A DNA stretch of 16,110 nt, taken from Candidatus Micrarchaeota archaeon. GTDB taxonomy: Archaea > Micrarchaeota > Micrarchaeia > Norongarragalinales > SBBD01. Shown one piece after another: positions 1 to 7,651 of this stretch. Position 1 is the stretch's first letter. Each line of letters starts with the position of its first letter. A program made the position numbers and the translations under genes. Location: NCBI GenBank assembly GCA_038046605.1, contig JBBSVW010000031.1, positions 1 to 16,110 on the forward strand, read 5' to 3'. Below the pieces are notes generated by a model. That model ran no database searches and had not been told where the DNA came from. It saw nothing but the letters and a program-made list of their open reading frames with translations.

Positions 1-174
1 TATTTGTCCAAAGTAAGGATGGCAATATTTGGCAATAAATTTGAATGTGTTGTCGGCTTCGCAAAAATGGGCTCGAGTTTCAACTTACTTGGGCGCGAGG
101 GATTTTTTGAAAAGCACGAAATCACTTTCAAGGAAAAAGAGAGGCGCGTGGTAATTACCGAATTGGATGTCTAA
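1..174 (+). CDS. 3' part of a probable retropepsin-like (clan AA) aspartyl protease, truncated by the window edge
   Basis: Frame 1 is open from base 1 to TAA at 172-174: YLSKVRMAIFGNKFECVVGFAKMGSSFNLLGREGFFEKHEITFKEKERRVVITELDV. LLGRxxFF resembles the retropepsin C-terminal motif. The catalytic DTG motif would lie outside the window. Confidence 0.6.
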   Translation, partial: YLSKVRMAIFGNKFECVVGFAKMGSSFNLLGREGFFEKHEITFKEKERRVVITELDV

Positions 175-205
175 TCCTTTCTCGTCTTTCATTATGTTAT
201 TGCCG

Positions 206-244
206 CCCGTTTTCCTTTGGTTTTTGCGTAATCGCCCCAGCAGC
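206..244 (+). repeat. Bipartite direct repeat, copy 1 (left of AbiE module)
   Basis: CCCGTTTTC (206-214) + 13 nt + GTAATCGCCCCAGCAGC (228-244); matches the copy at 1836-1873. Confidence 0.7.
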
Positions 245-330
245 TATTCGATTATATGCCCTCTTTGGTGCGCAATCCCAAGTATTTTGCCCCTCCGAGT
301 GCCGGATGCAGGATGCCAAGCGAAAAGCTT

Positions 331-353
331 ATAATAAACAAATTGTTTATTAT
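331..353. promoter_or_regulatory. 23-bp perfect inverted repeat, putative AbiEi autoregulatory operator
   Basis: ATAATAAACAA-A-TTGTTTATTAT overlaps a TTATAA TATA-like box and ends 3 nt before ATG 357. Confidence 0.7.
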
Positions 354-356
354 TGC

Positions 357-962
357 ATGTTTCAAAAGAAGATTACAGAACGTGTTCTGGAGGCAATCGA
401 ACACTCGCCAAAAGGCATCGCAAGTCTGGATGTATTGGCAAGCCTTAGGATATGTGGTCGGGATACCCTGAAGACGACTTTGAGCCGGCTAGGCATGACC
501 AATAGGTTAATTCACTTAAAGCGGGGCACATATTCCGTTAATCCTTTGAGGGATGCATTCTCGTGCGCCCAGAGCACGTTCAACGGCTATTTGGGCTTCA
601 CCTCCGCGCTTTATTTGCATAAACTCATAACGGAAATCCCGTTCTCAATTACCGTAGTTACAAACCATGTATCAAAGGGTAAACTGGTCGGAGAATTCTC
701 GTTTTTGGCGGTTGCATTGAATGAGAAGGCGGTAGGGTTCGAGAAACTTGGGGATTATGTTGTCTCTAGCCGCGCAAAGACGTTATTTGACTGCCTGTAT
801 TTGCCGAAATATTCCATTGAGCAAACTAAATTGATTGCCTCTTACAAGGAAGCAAAGCTTGGGAAAACCGAATGGAAGGATTTCGACGGATATGTGAAGA
901 AATTCGCTGGAGGAAAGAAGGAAAAAATGCTTCTGGTTAAACGGGAAATTCTGGGTGGTTGA
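357..962 (+). CDS. abiEi: Type IV toxin-antitoxin antitoxin, AbiEi-like transcriptional regulator
   Basis: N-terminal wHTH-like segment (TLKTTLSRL...LIHLKRGTY), YLGFTSALYLHKL and SRAKTLFDCL motifs; directly upstream of an AbiEii-like gene. Start moved from 306 to ATG 357, downstream of the TATA/operator. Confidence 0.8.
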   Translation: MFQKKITERVLEAIEHSPKGIASLDVLASLRICGRDTLKTTLSRLGMTNRLIHLKRGTYSVNPLRDAFSCAQSTFNGYLGFTSALYLHKLITEIPFSITVVTNHVSKGKLVGEFSFLAVALNEKAVGFEKLGDYVVSSRAKTLFDCLYLPKYSIEQTKLIASYKEAKLGKTEWKDFDGYVKKFAGGKKEKMLLVKREILGG

Positions 963-1748
963 ATGGAACTGAATCTTGAAGTCTGCAGGACCATTGCGGT
1001 GCAATACGGCCTTCCTTTGCAATATGTGATCAAGGAGTTTTACGTCTTCGATGTGCTTGGGCAGGTAACGGCCGCAACAATTGGGGAGAAAAACTTTGTC
1101 TTCAAGGGAGGAACCGCCTTGAACAAGGTCTACCTGGGGAAATTGCAACGGTTTTCGGAGGACCTGGATTTTGACTTTGAAGCAGCGGGCATTTCGGAGG
1201 TCAGGGAGAAATGCAAGAAGATAGCCGGTAAAATCGATGGCTATGAGATTGACGAATTCAGGAAAATCGGGGATACGATCCAATTTTATTGCAAATTTGA
1301 AAGCGTTCTTGGGGGAAGGGATCATGTGAGGGTCGATGTCGCCATGAAAAGGATAATTTCAGCAAAGCCGCAGATAATCAAGCCCGCGCAGTCGCTCTAC
1401 ACACAAAGGTCCGTTGCCGGGTTTTATGTATATTCCTTGGAGGATTTGACGGCAAGAAAGATGCATGCCTTAGGGACGCGTGCGGAAGGAAAGGATATTT
1501 ACGATGTATATAACGCCCTGCCTTTGTGCGGAAGTTTGGAACGCGCAATAGGGAAAATGCTCGAATCCGAAGGAATCAAAGAAAATGCGGAAGTATTCAT
1601 CAAAGATACTATCGCCAAGGTGAAGGCGCAGGATGGCAGAAAAATCCGGAATTTGGCAAACCCCTTCATACCAACAAGCAGCCGGCCAAAGGATTGGAGC
1701 CAGTTGAAAAACGACCTTGTGATGAGGTTGGAAAATTTGGTACACTGA
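963..1748 (+). CDS. abiEii: AbiEii/AbiGii-family nucleotidyltransferase toxin
   Basis: FKGGTAL, RFSEDLDF, ARKMHAL and KDIYD motifs; abuts the antitoxin stop (TGA-ATG) with a GGTGG SD-like sequence. Confidence 0.9.
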   Translation: MELNLEVCRTIAVQYGLPLQYVIKEFYVFDVLGQVTAATIGEKNFVFKGGTALNKVYLGKLQRFSEDLDFDFEAAGISEVREKCKKIAGKIDGYEIDEFRKIGDTIQFYCKFESVLGGRDHVRVDVAMKRIISAKPQIIKPAQSLYTQRSVAGFYVYSLEDLTARKMHALGTRAEGKDIYDVYNALPLCGSLERAIGKMLESEGIKENAEVFIKDTIAKVKAQDGRKIRNLANPFIPTSSRPKDWSQLKNDLVMRLENLVH

Positions 1749-1835
1749 TCAAATCTGTTGCCTCATCTGACGCACCAATTCTTGGCTTTCCAACTTATTT
1801 GCTGCTGCCATTTTTCTTATATTTCAGAAAAATCA

Positions 1836-1873
1836 CCCGTTTTCGCCGGTAGTTAAGTAATCGCCCCAGCGGC
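1836..1873 (+). repeat. Bipartite direct repeat, copy 2 (right of AbiE module)
   Basis: CCCGTTTTC (1836-1844) + 12 nt + GTAATCGCCCCAGCGGC (1857-1873). Confidence 0.7.
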
Positions 1874-1958
1874 ATCTTTTCCTAATGCGCACTTTTATAT
1901 GCTATTGGGGAAAAACACTTAACGTCACCATTTTTGATCCGTTCATGAAGTGTTCCAA

Positions 1959-2468
1959 ATGCCAGCTAGAAGGAGACGGCTAATAGCTTTTCATAAGATG
2001 GATCCAATTTGGCACGTGCCTATCCTCACCATTCCCAAGCGCCGCATAAGAATGATCCAGCACCTCGTGGAGAAAAGGCCACAAACGTTCGTAAGGATGT
2101 ACAACAAGCTTCGCCTAGTATATATGGGGAAATATGCCAAATTGCTAACGGAGTTGAAGGGGCACAACATTCATGCCGAAAGCAATATGCGTATAGTCGC
2201 TGAAAATTCAATGGGAGGCCATACGCAACATTACCTAGTCGGGATCTCGCATACGGAACCTGCAAACTTTAAAGGGGCCAAAAAATTACTCGTGGAGAGG
2301 AGGAAGGATCTTTACGTGAGGGAAAAATATCTTAGCGCATTTCGGAAGGCAGCGGAAGGCAGTCCCAATTTGAAACTTGCCGAAATTCAGCACGAAGTTC
2401 TAAGTGGAGTTGACCTGATCGACTATTATTTGGCTAACCCTAAATCGGGGTTGAGTTGGAGCTATTAA
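1959..2468 (+). CDS. Hypothetical basic protein
   Basis: ORF of about 169 aa filling the gap; ATG 1959 (MPARRRR) preferred over GTG 1950; no motif recognised. Confidence 0.6.
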   Translation: MPARRRRLIAFHKMDPIWHVPILTIPKRRIRMIQHLVEKRPQTFVRMYNKLRLVYMGKYAKLLTELKGHNIHAESNMRIVAENSMGGHTQHYLVGISHTEPANFKGAKKLLVERRKDLYVREKYLSAFRKAAEGSPNLKLAEIQHEVLSGVDLIDYYLANPKSGLSWSY

Positions 2469-2508
2469 TGAAATAAATCAACTTTTTATTTAGGAAAGGC
2501 AATCGCCC

Positions 2509-3414
2509 TTAATTTTTTGGTATAAGCCGAAGGCTTTTTGGGAGCCTATCTTGCAATGAGTAAAGGGCATCCATGTTGCGTTCTCCAAGCCCTCTTGAAA
2601 TTTCCCGGATTTGCGCAATAGATGCGACCCGTGCCATCCTTTGGGCGGCCTTAATGCCCAATTCCCCATTGCCAAGAATTGTAAGGCTATTGCCAATATA
2701 TTCTGCGAAAACTGCCCGCAACACTTCGTCATTGCTTATTTTGATCCCGGGTTTAGCCATTTTCCGGATTATCAGGGATGAGGCAAGGTTGATCCCTTCC
2801 CCATGGTTGCGGACCCTTGCCTGCGCACCAAATTTTTGCACCAGCATTCCGGCAGTTTTCCTTGCTTCGAGGCTATGGTTGAATCCTTGCCAAACCAGCA
2901 CATTCCCTCCCTTCCGGGCAAGGCCGCTTAATATCTCGGTTCGGATTTGATTCCTTATCCGGTTAAGGACAAGTTTTGAAGTGATTGCCTTTCGCATATA
3001 TGCTATCGATTCATTGGGATGCCCCCTAAGGAAAAGGATAAGGGCCGCTTTCCCCTGTTCATCATCATCAGGCAGTTGCTTTATCCGGGCAAGGCGGGAT
3101 TCCTTTAACGGCTCCAGTGCAACTATTTTATGGCCATTTTCGGCGGCATTCGCCAGGAACCTAAAGAACGGAGCCCAAAACCTCTCGGCATTGGGGTTTT
3201 TGTCATATTCCCCTGCAAGCCATCGGAGTTTTGCCGGATCACTTCGGTTGATTGCGTAATGTTCGTACATTGATAGGGGTGTTTCAATTGCAAGGGTGAG
3301 TTTCCCATGCTTCTTTTGGGCGGCTTCGAAATCCGCTTTGAGATGCACCAAATCCTGCGGCTCATTATGGTTGGAGAGGCTGAAGAAAAATGTCGGTTTG
3401 GGCCTTTCATCCAT
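2509..3414 (-). CDS. Hypothetical protein, possibly EreA/ChaN/TIKI-like fold
   Basis: Start set at ATG 3414 (MDERPKPT), about 25 bp downstream of a TTTTTAAAA box, which avoids overlap with the csp gene. Pattern FFFSLSNH ... LAIE ... VLVWQGFNH resembles the H/E/H layout of the superfamily. Confidence 0.6.
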   Translation of the reverse strand: MDERPKPTFFFSLSNHNEPQDLVHLKADFEAAQKKHGKLTLAIETPLSMYEHYAINRSDPAKLRWLAGEYDKNPNAERFWAPFFRFLANAAENGHKIVALEPLKESRLARIKQLPDDDEQGKAALILFLRGHPNESIAYMRKAITSKLVLNRIRNQIRTEILSGLARKGGNVLVWQGFNHSLEARKTAGMLVQKFGAQARVRNHGEGINLASSLIIRKMAKPGIKISNDEVLRAVFAEYIGNSLTILGNGELGIKAAQRMARVASIAQIREISRGLGERNMDALYSLQDRLPKSLRLIPKN

Positions 3415-3604
3415 GGAATGATGTTGTTTTGTGCGTTTTAAAAAAGTGCTGCCCTGCAAGATCCATTGAAGGCCCTGATTTGGCCAAAAACCCCCAAAAT
3501 GCCCAAATCCGCCAAAAGTCCGCCAAATTGCCCCGTTTCCCGTCAACTTGACCCCCTTATAAGCCTCTGCCCCCAAATATAATCTCGAAAATTTGGTGGT
3601 ATAA

Positions 3605-3796
3605 ATGAAAGGAAAAGTCAAGATGTTCAACACCGGCCGCGGTTTTGGATTCATAACTGGAGATGACGGAAAGGATGTTTACGTGCACACGACCGCAATC
3701 GAGGGCGGAGTTGCCCTTGAAATTGGGGATGCCGTTGAGTACGAAGTCGAATCAAGCGACAGGGGACTACGCGCGAAGGGAGTCAAGAAAGTCTGA
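3605..3796 (+). CDS. cspA: Cold-shock domain protein
   Basis: 63 aa; MKGKVKMFN, RNP1 GFGFI, RNP2 VYVH, C-terminal GLRAKGV. Confidence 0.95.
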   Translation: MKGKVKMFNTGRGFGFITGDDGKDVYVHTTAIEGGVALEIGDAVEYEVESSDRGLRAKGVKKV

Positions 3797-3817
3797 TTTC
3801 GCAAAATAGGCTTGGAA

Positions 3818-3858
3818 TCTAGCCTGTGCATCGGAATGCCGGCTAGAATTTATTTTTT
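3818..3858 (+). terminator. Putative hairpin plus T-tract terminator after csp
   Basis: TCTAGCC (3818-3824)/GGCTAGA (3841-3847) stem with inner GCAT/ATGC stem, followed by a T-rich tract. Confidence 0.5.
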
Positions 3859-4078
3859 CAGAGCTAGTTGTAGCTTTGTGCGGGCATCATTTTTGGAAAT
3901 ATGCCCCATAATTTATTTCCATTGTTCTTTACTTTTTTTGCTCTTCCACCTTTTTTTTCAATTTTTGGTTTTTCCATACGGTCCATAGTTTTATGCCCAT
4001 ATGCCAATTTTCCTGAATTTCCATCCATTCCGCCTCTTTCTCCTAAATCTATAAAAACTGCTGTTGAGTTGCAATACC

Positions 4079-5281
4079 ATGATCGAAGCATTAGCCCTCC
4101 TAGCATTCGTCCTATTTGCCGGCTATTTCTCCGAGCGGCTCTTTGCCAAATGGAAAATACCCGATATTTTCCCCCTGCTCTTGTTTGGCCTGCTCCTTGG
4201 ACCCATTGGCCTTGCCAGCAAGATCCCTGGGCTTGAAATATTGACGCCTGCCTACCTTGCCCCCGTTGCCGCCCTTGTTGCCGTCCTTACGCTTGTCGTG
4301 ATCCTTTTTGATGCGGGCGTTGGGCTTGACATATCCGAAATGATAAAGGCGGCCCCGTTTGCATTGACAGCAACGCTCATAAATTTCCTCGCAACAACAG
4401 CCGCATGCTTCCTTGCCCTTTACCTATCCGGCTGGAACTGGCTCCATGCGATCCTTGTTGCCATAATCGTTGCAGACACTGCAGAGGAGGTGGTGTTTTC
4501 CCTCATATCAAACCTGAAGCTTAAGCCCTGGGTCAAAAACCTCCTTGTTTTTGAGGGCGCATTCACAAGCACCCTGATTGGGATTTTTTCTATTGCCGTC
4601 ATTGGCATAACCGGCGGCAACCTATCCTTCAAGGAGATAGGCTCGGCGTTTGTCGGGAACATCGCAATCGCACTGCTTTTAGGCGCTGTTGTATCATATT
4701 TGTGGGTGCATGCGCTGGTATCGAACCATATCCGCTCCCACCGGTACCTTCTCACACTCGGGGTTGCATTCCTCCTGTATATAGGGGTTGAAGCGCTTGC
4801 GGCAAATGGGGTCATTGCGGTTTTGATTTTTGGGATAGCCATGGGGATGACGCGCGATAAGCTGGAAAAAAGCATATTCGAGTTCCATAGGGAAGTCAAT
4901 TTCACCGTCCGCTCCTTCTTTTTCGTCTACCTTGGCTTCATCATTTCATTTGACCAGCTAACAATCATAACAATCCTGACCTCCCTATTTGTTGTTGCTG
5001 CAATGGCCCTTGGCAGGCTTGCTGGCATGCAATATATCGCAAGGGAGCAATCCCCAACAAAGGCTGAATTCGTCCTTCTTGCCGGCGCGCTCCCTTCGGG
5101 GCTTGCAACAGCCGTCTTTGCAACCATCTTTTCAGCATATGGCATAATCATCCCGGGCCTTTCGGAATTCATTTTCCTCATAATCTTCGAATCGATCCTT
5201 TTGAGCATGGCCTGCACCTACTATTACGCATCGGTCAATATCATGCCTGAGCGCAGGCCCCAAATAATCAAAACAAACTGA
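4079..5281 (+). CDS. Cation:proton antiporter (CPA1/NhaP-like)
   Basis: About 400 aa, highly hydrophobic; KIPDIFPLLLFGLLLGP, ILFDAG, LVFEGAF, FFFVYLG and GLATAV segments. ATG 4079 preferred over TTG 4064. Confidence 0.85.
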   Translation: MIEALALLAFVLFAGYFSERLFAKWKIPDIFPLLLFGLLLGPIGLASKIPGLEILTPAYLAPVAALVAVLTLVVILFDAGVGLDISEMIKAAPFALTATLINFLATTAACFLALYLSGWNWLHAILVAIIVADTAEEVVFSLISNLKLKPWVKNLLVFEGAFTSTLIGIFSIAVIGITGGNLSFKEIGSAFVGNIAIALLLGAVVSYLWVHALVSNHIRSHRYLLTLGVAFLLYIGVEALAANGVIAVLIFGIAMGMTRDKLEKSIFEFHREVNFTVRSFFFVYLGFIISFDQLTIITILTSLFVVAAMALGRLAGMQYIAREQSPTKAEFVLLAGALPSGLATAVFATIFSAYGIIIPGLSEFIFLIIFESILLSMACTYYYASVNIMPERRPQIIKTN

Positions 5282-5319
5282 CCAAAATTTATACCCCAAT
5301 CGGATGGGTATTATCATGG

Positions 5320-6339
5320 ATGAAATCCGGACCGGTAATTGATATGGCAAAGGAACTACCAGCTGGGAAAGCGATCGTAGTGGCGATGATCTGCCTGATT
5401 TTGCTTTTCCAGCCTGCAAGCGCGGGATGCATCCCCAAAAAAGGATCGAATGGCTATCCCCTTGGCATCCAGCCAAATGTCACCAGCATAGATGTGGATT
5501 TCAATGATTTAACCCCCAGGAATTTCACCTTCAGCTTGTACATTGAATCAGAATTCGGGACGGCAATTGATCAAAGCTGCACCGTCCTGATGGCGGCAAT
5601 TTCCGACTACCCTGCATTGAAGGTTTCCCTTTCGAGGAATTCCCTTGAAACCGGCGCCGCCTCAAACAACAAGCCGATAACTGTTTTCCTAATGCCAATT
5701 GAGGGGGTTGATTTTCCGGAGACGATCACAGGCTCCATAAAAATTGCCGATTCCGAAGCGGGGCTTAATTTTGTCCTTTTGCCAATTAATGTTAAATTCC
5801 TTTTTCCTAGGCCATCAATTTCCCCAACGCCAATGCCCGAACCCACGGGGATACCTTTTGAATTCAATGATACGGGTGAGGAAGGCACAAGCCCCGATGC
5901 AATTTTGCCAACTCCCTTTCCGGCAGGGGAGGAAATAAACAGGACCATCGAAGAGCTAAATTCCAGCGGGGTTGATATCGCAGGGCCTATGGAGGATTTG
6001 AATGAGGCAAAAAAGCTCCAAAAGGAAGGGCGTATGGATCAGGCAAAAATCCTCGCCAGCGCCTCATATGCGGAATTAAGGCGGCTTTATACGGAGCTAG
6101 GGATTTCCAGGAAAATCTTCAGCTGGTATTTTGCGGCGTTCATAATCCTACTTGTTGCCCTCTTTGCGCTTAGGGATTTTTACCGCATCTCCCAGATGAG
6201 GAAAAAAGATGAGGAAACGCTTAACGTAGCTGATATTTATTCCGGCAAAGGGCAAACGCTAAATGCGATAAGTGTTGAACTAAAGGAAAAAGAGGAGGTT
6301 AATTTGCAGCAACCTAATTCACCGGATAAATTGCCATAG
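5320..6339 (+). CDS. Hypothetical secreted, C-terminally membrane-anchored protein
   Basis: Signal-like segment ending ASA, beta-rich region, Pro/Thr linker (PSISPTPMPEPT), helical region, TM helix (WYFAAFIILLVALFAL). Alternative start at 5344. Confidence 0.75.
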   Translation: MKSGPVIDMAKELPAGKAIVVAMICLILLFQPASAGCIPKKGSNGYPLGIQPNVTSIDVDFNDLTPRNFTFSLYIESEFGTAIDQSCTVLMAAISDYPALKVSLSRNSLETGAASNNKPITVFLMPIEGVDFPETITGSIKIADSEAGLNFVLLPINVKFLFPRPSISPTPMPEPTGIPFEFNDTGEEGTSPDAILPTPFPAGEEINRTIEELNSSGVDIAGPMEDLNEAKKLQKEGRMDQAKILASASYAELRRLYTELGISRKIFSWYFAAFIILLVALFALRDFYRISQMRKKDEETLNVADIYSGKGQTLNAISVELKEKEEVNLQQPNSPDKLP

Positions 6340-6394
6340 GGAGCACTTGCCCTGCCTTGGAAAATGCCCATACTATCTGTTGCCGATATTTTTT

Positions 6395-7288
6395 TTACCC
6401 ATTCGCCTTTTTTTGGGGCTGGAATTTATCCATCAGTGCCAGCCTCTCCTTGTTCCATTGCAGGACGATCGAATAAATGTAGGCTTGGGAATAAAGGGCC
6501 GCAAACACCTGAAGGGGATTTACAACCGCAGCTAGGAGGTTGGAAAAAATTCCAATGCCGATAATCATGTCCAATATTGAAAATATGGCCCAGGGAATAA
6601 ATGTCAATAGCCAAAATACTATTCCAATGCTTAGGGAAGAGACAAATAGCCTGGCAAAAAGGCTAACCGCATATCCCCTTGTGAGTGCATACGAGGTATC
6701 AACCGCCTGCGAAGGAGTGAGTGTATCGGAGGCGAAATAAGCAAAAAGGCTTTGGGAGAGCCTGATATTCATGAAAAAACTTGCGCCCCCGTAGGCAAAA
6801 AATAGCATTACACTAATGATCATCAAAAGGGGGTTGATTAGGGGCAAGATTATCGTTAACAATAGAACAAAGAGCCATTTCTTGTCATACCACATGAAAA
6901 ATGCCTTAAAGCCCGAAATGATGGCAACTAGGATTGCGCCCTTGCGTTTTTCGAGATTTGGCCATTTTGCGGCAACACCCGCCTTGTTCAATCCGTTTGC
7001 AATTACGCTGCCAATTATCAGCATTTGCACTATCCAGAATAAGACAATAATCGTGAGCATTGCCGCAAGCAAATATACCAGATAGCCAACGCTGAAATTG
7101 GGGTCGAGAGGGGATTTGAAGCTAGCCAGCATCCCAAGAAGGGGCGCAATAATTGCTGCAATGATCAATCCAAAGACCAGCAGGTATGCAAGGACGCAGA
7201 GCCCGTAGCTCTTCCAATTCTCCGAATCCTTTGTCCACTCGAATCCGAATTTGGCCGCCGCAAACGAATCCTCGAAGAAGTCTCCCAT
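6395..7288 (-). CDS. Hypothetical polytopic membrane protein
   Basis: 297 aa with about 6 hydrophobic segments; the 'QAVDTSYALTRG...LF' segment resembles DUF975-like membrane proteins; GGGGTG SD-like sequence upstream. Confidence 0.75.
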   Translation of the reverse strand: MGDFFEDSFAAAKFGFEWTKDSENWKSYGLCVLAYLLVFGLIIAAIIAPLLGMLASFKSPLDPNFSVGYLVYLLAAMLTIIVLFWIVQMLIIGSVIANGLNKAGVAAKWPNLEKRKGAILVAIISGFKAFFMWYDKKWLFVLLLTIILPLINPLLMIISVMLFFAYGGASFFMNIRLSQSLFAYFASDTLTPSQAVDTSYALTRGYAVSLFARLFVSSLSIGIVFWLLTFIPWAIFSILDMIIGIGIFSNLLAAVVNPLQVFAALYSQAYIYSIVLQWNKERLALMDKFQPQKKANG

Positions 7289-7475
7289 TGGAAAACACCC
7301 CTATAGCGAATAAGGCAATTATTGGAACTTTTTGTTGCCTTATTCTAATATAGCGGTCATATTTGATTGTTCCATTATTTTACTTAACCGCTATAAATAG
7401 AAATTTATTGGCGTATATTAGGGTTGTGATGGGAGGCTCTAAAAAAAAGCCATGCTGTTGCGTAGGCGGTTATTG

Positions 7476-7650
7476 ATTCGCAAAACTAATTAGAGGGGGT
7501 GGGGCGACATACCGAAGACAAAGTCTTCGTATGTTAGTAGACCTTGCAGGTCTACGTAACGCGGTAGGGGATGCACTAGAAACCCGTAGTTTCTAGGCAT
7601 GCTAAGAACCTTGGTGGTTCTGACGCAACCTAGTTCCCCCTTGGTGTCGA
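7476..7650 (-). ncRNA. Putative structured RNA immediately 3' of tRNA-Gly, homologous to the tRNA intron
   Basis: GC-rich island in an AT-rich spacer with four hairpins (GAACC/GGTTC, CTAGAAAC/GTTTCTAG, GTAGACCT/AGGTCTAC, GAAGAC/GTCTTC); three motifs shared with the intron. Strand is inferred from the tRNA. Confidence 0.55.
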
Positions 7651-7651
7651 G

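Noticed and set aside
1788-1858. Integron attC site (GTTAAGT core)
   Set aside because: No matching RYYYAAC or L-box hairpin, and the left-hand repeat has no such core.
3415-3654. 80-aa N-terminal extension of the 2509..3654 ORF
   Set aside because: Overlaps csp and its promoter; a TATA-like box sits just upstream of ATG 3414.
3864-4106. 80-aa minus-strand ORF in a pyrimidine-rich spacer
   Set aside because: Low-complexity composition, overlaps the antiporter start and has no motif; a shorter small ORF cannot be excluded.
7500-7508. GTCGCCCCA (minus strand) as an alternative tRNA 3' end or second exon supplying CCA
   Set aside because: No BHB geometry, it would give an atypical C discriminator, and the sequence is explained as part of shared motif B.
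7476-7650. RNase P RNA, SRP RNA or group I intron
   Set aside because: No GAGGAAAGUCC-type P4 motif, SRP helix-8 motif or group I P7 core visible on either strand.
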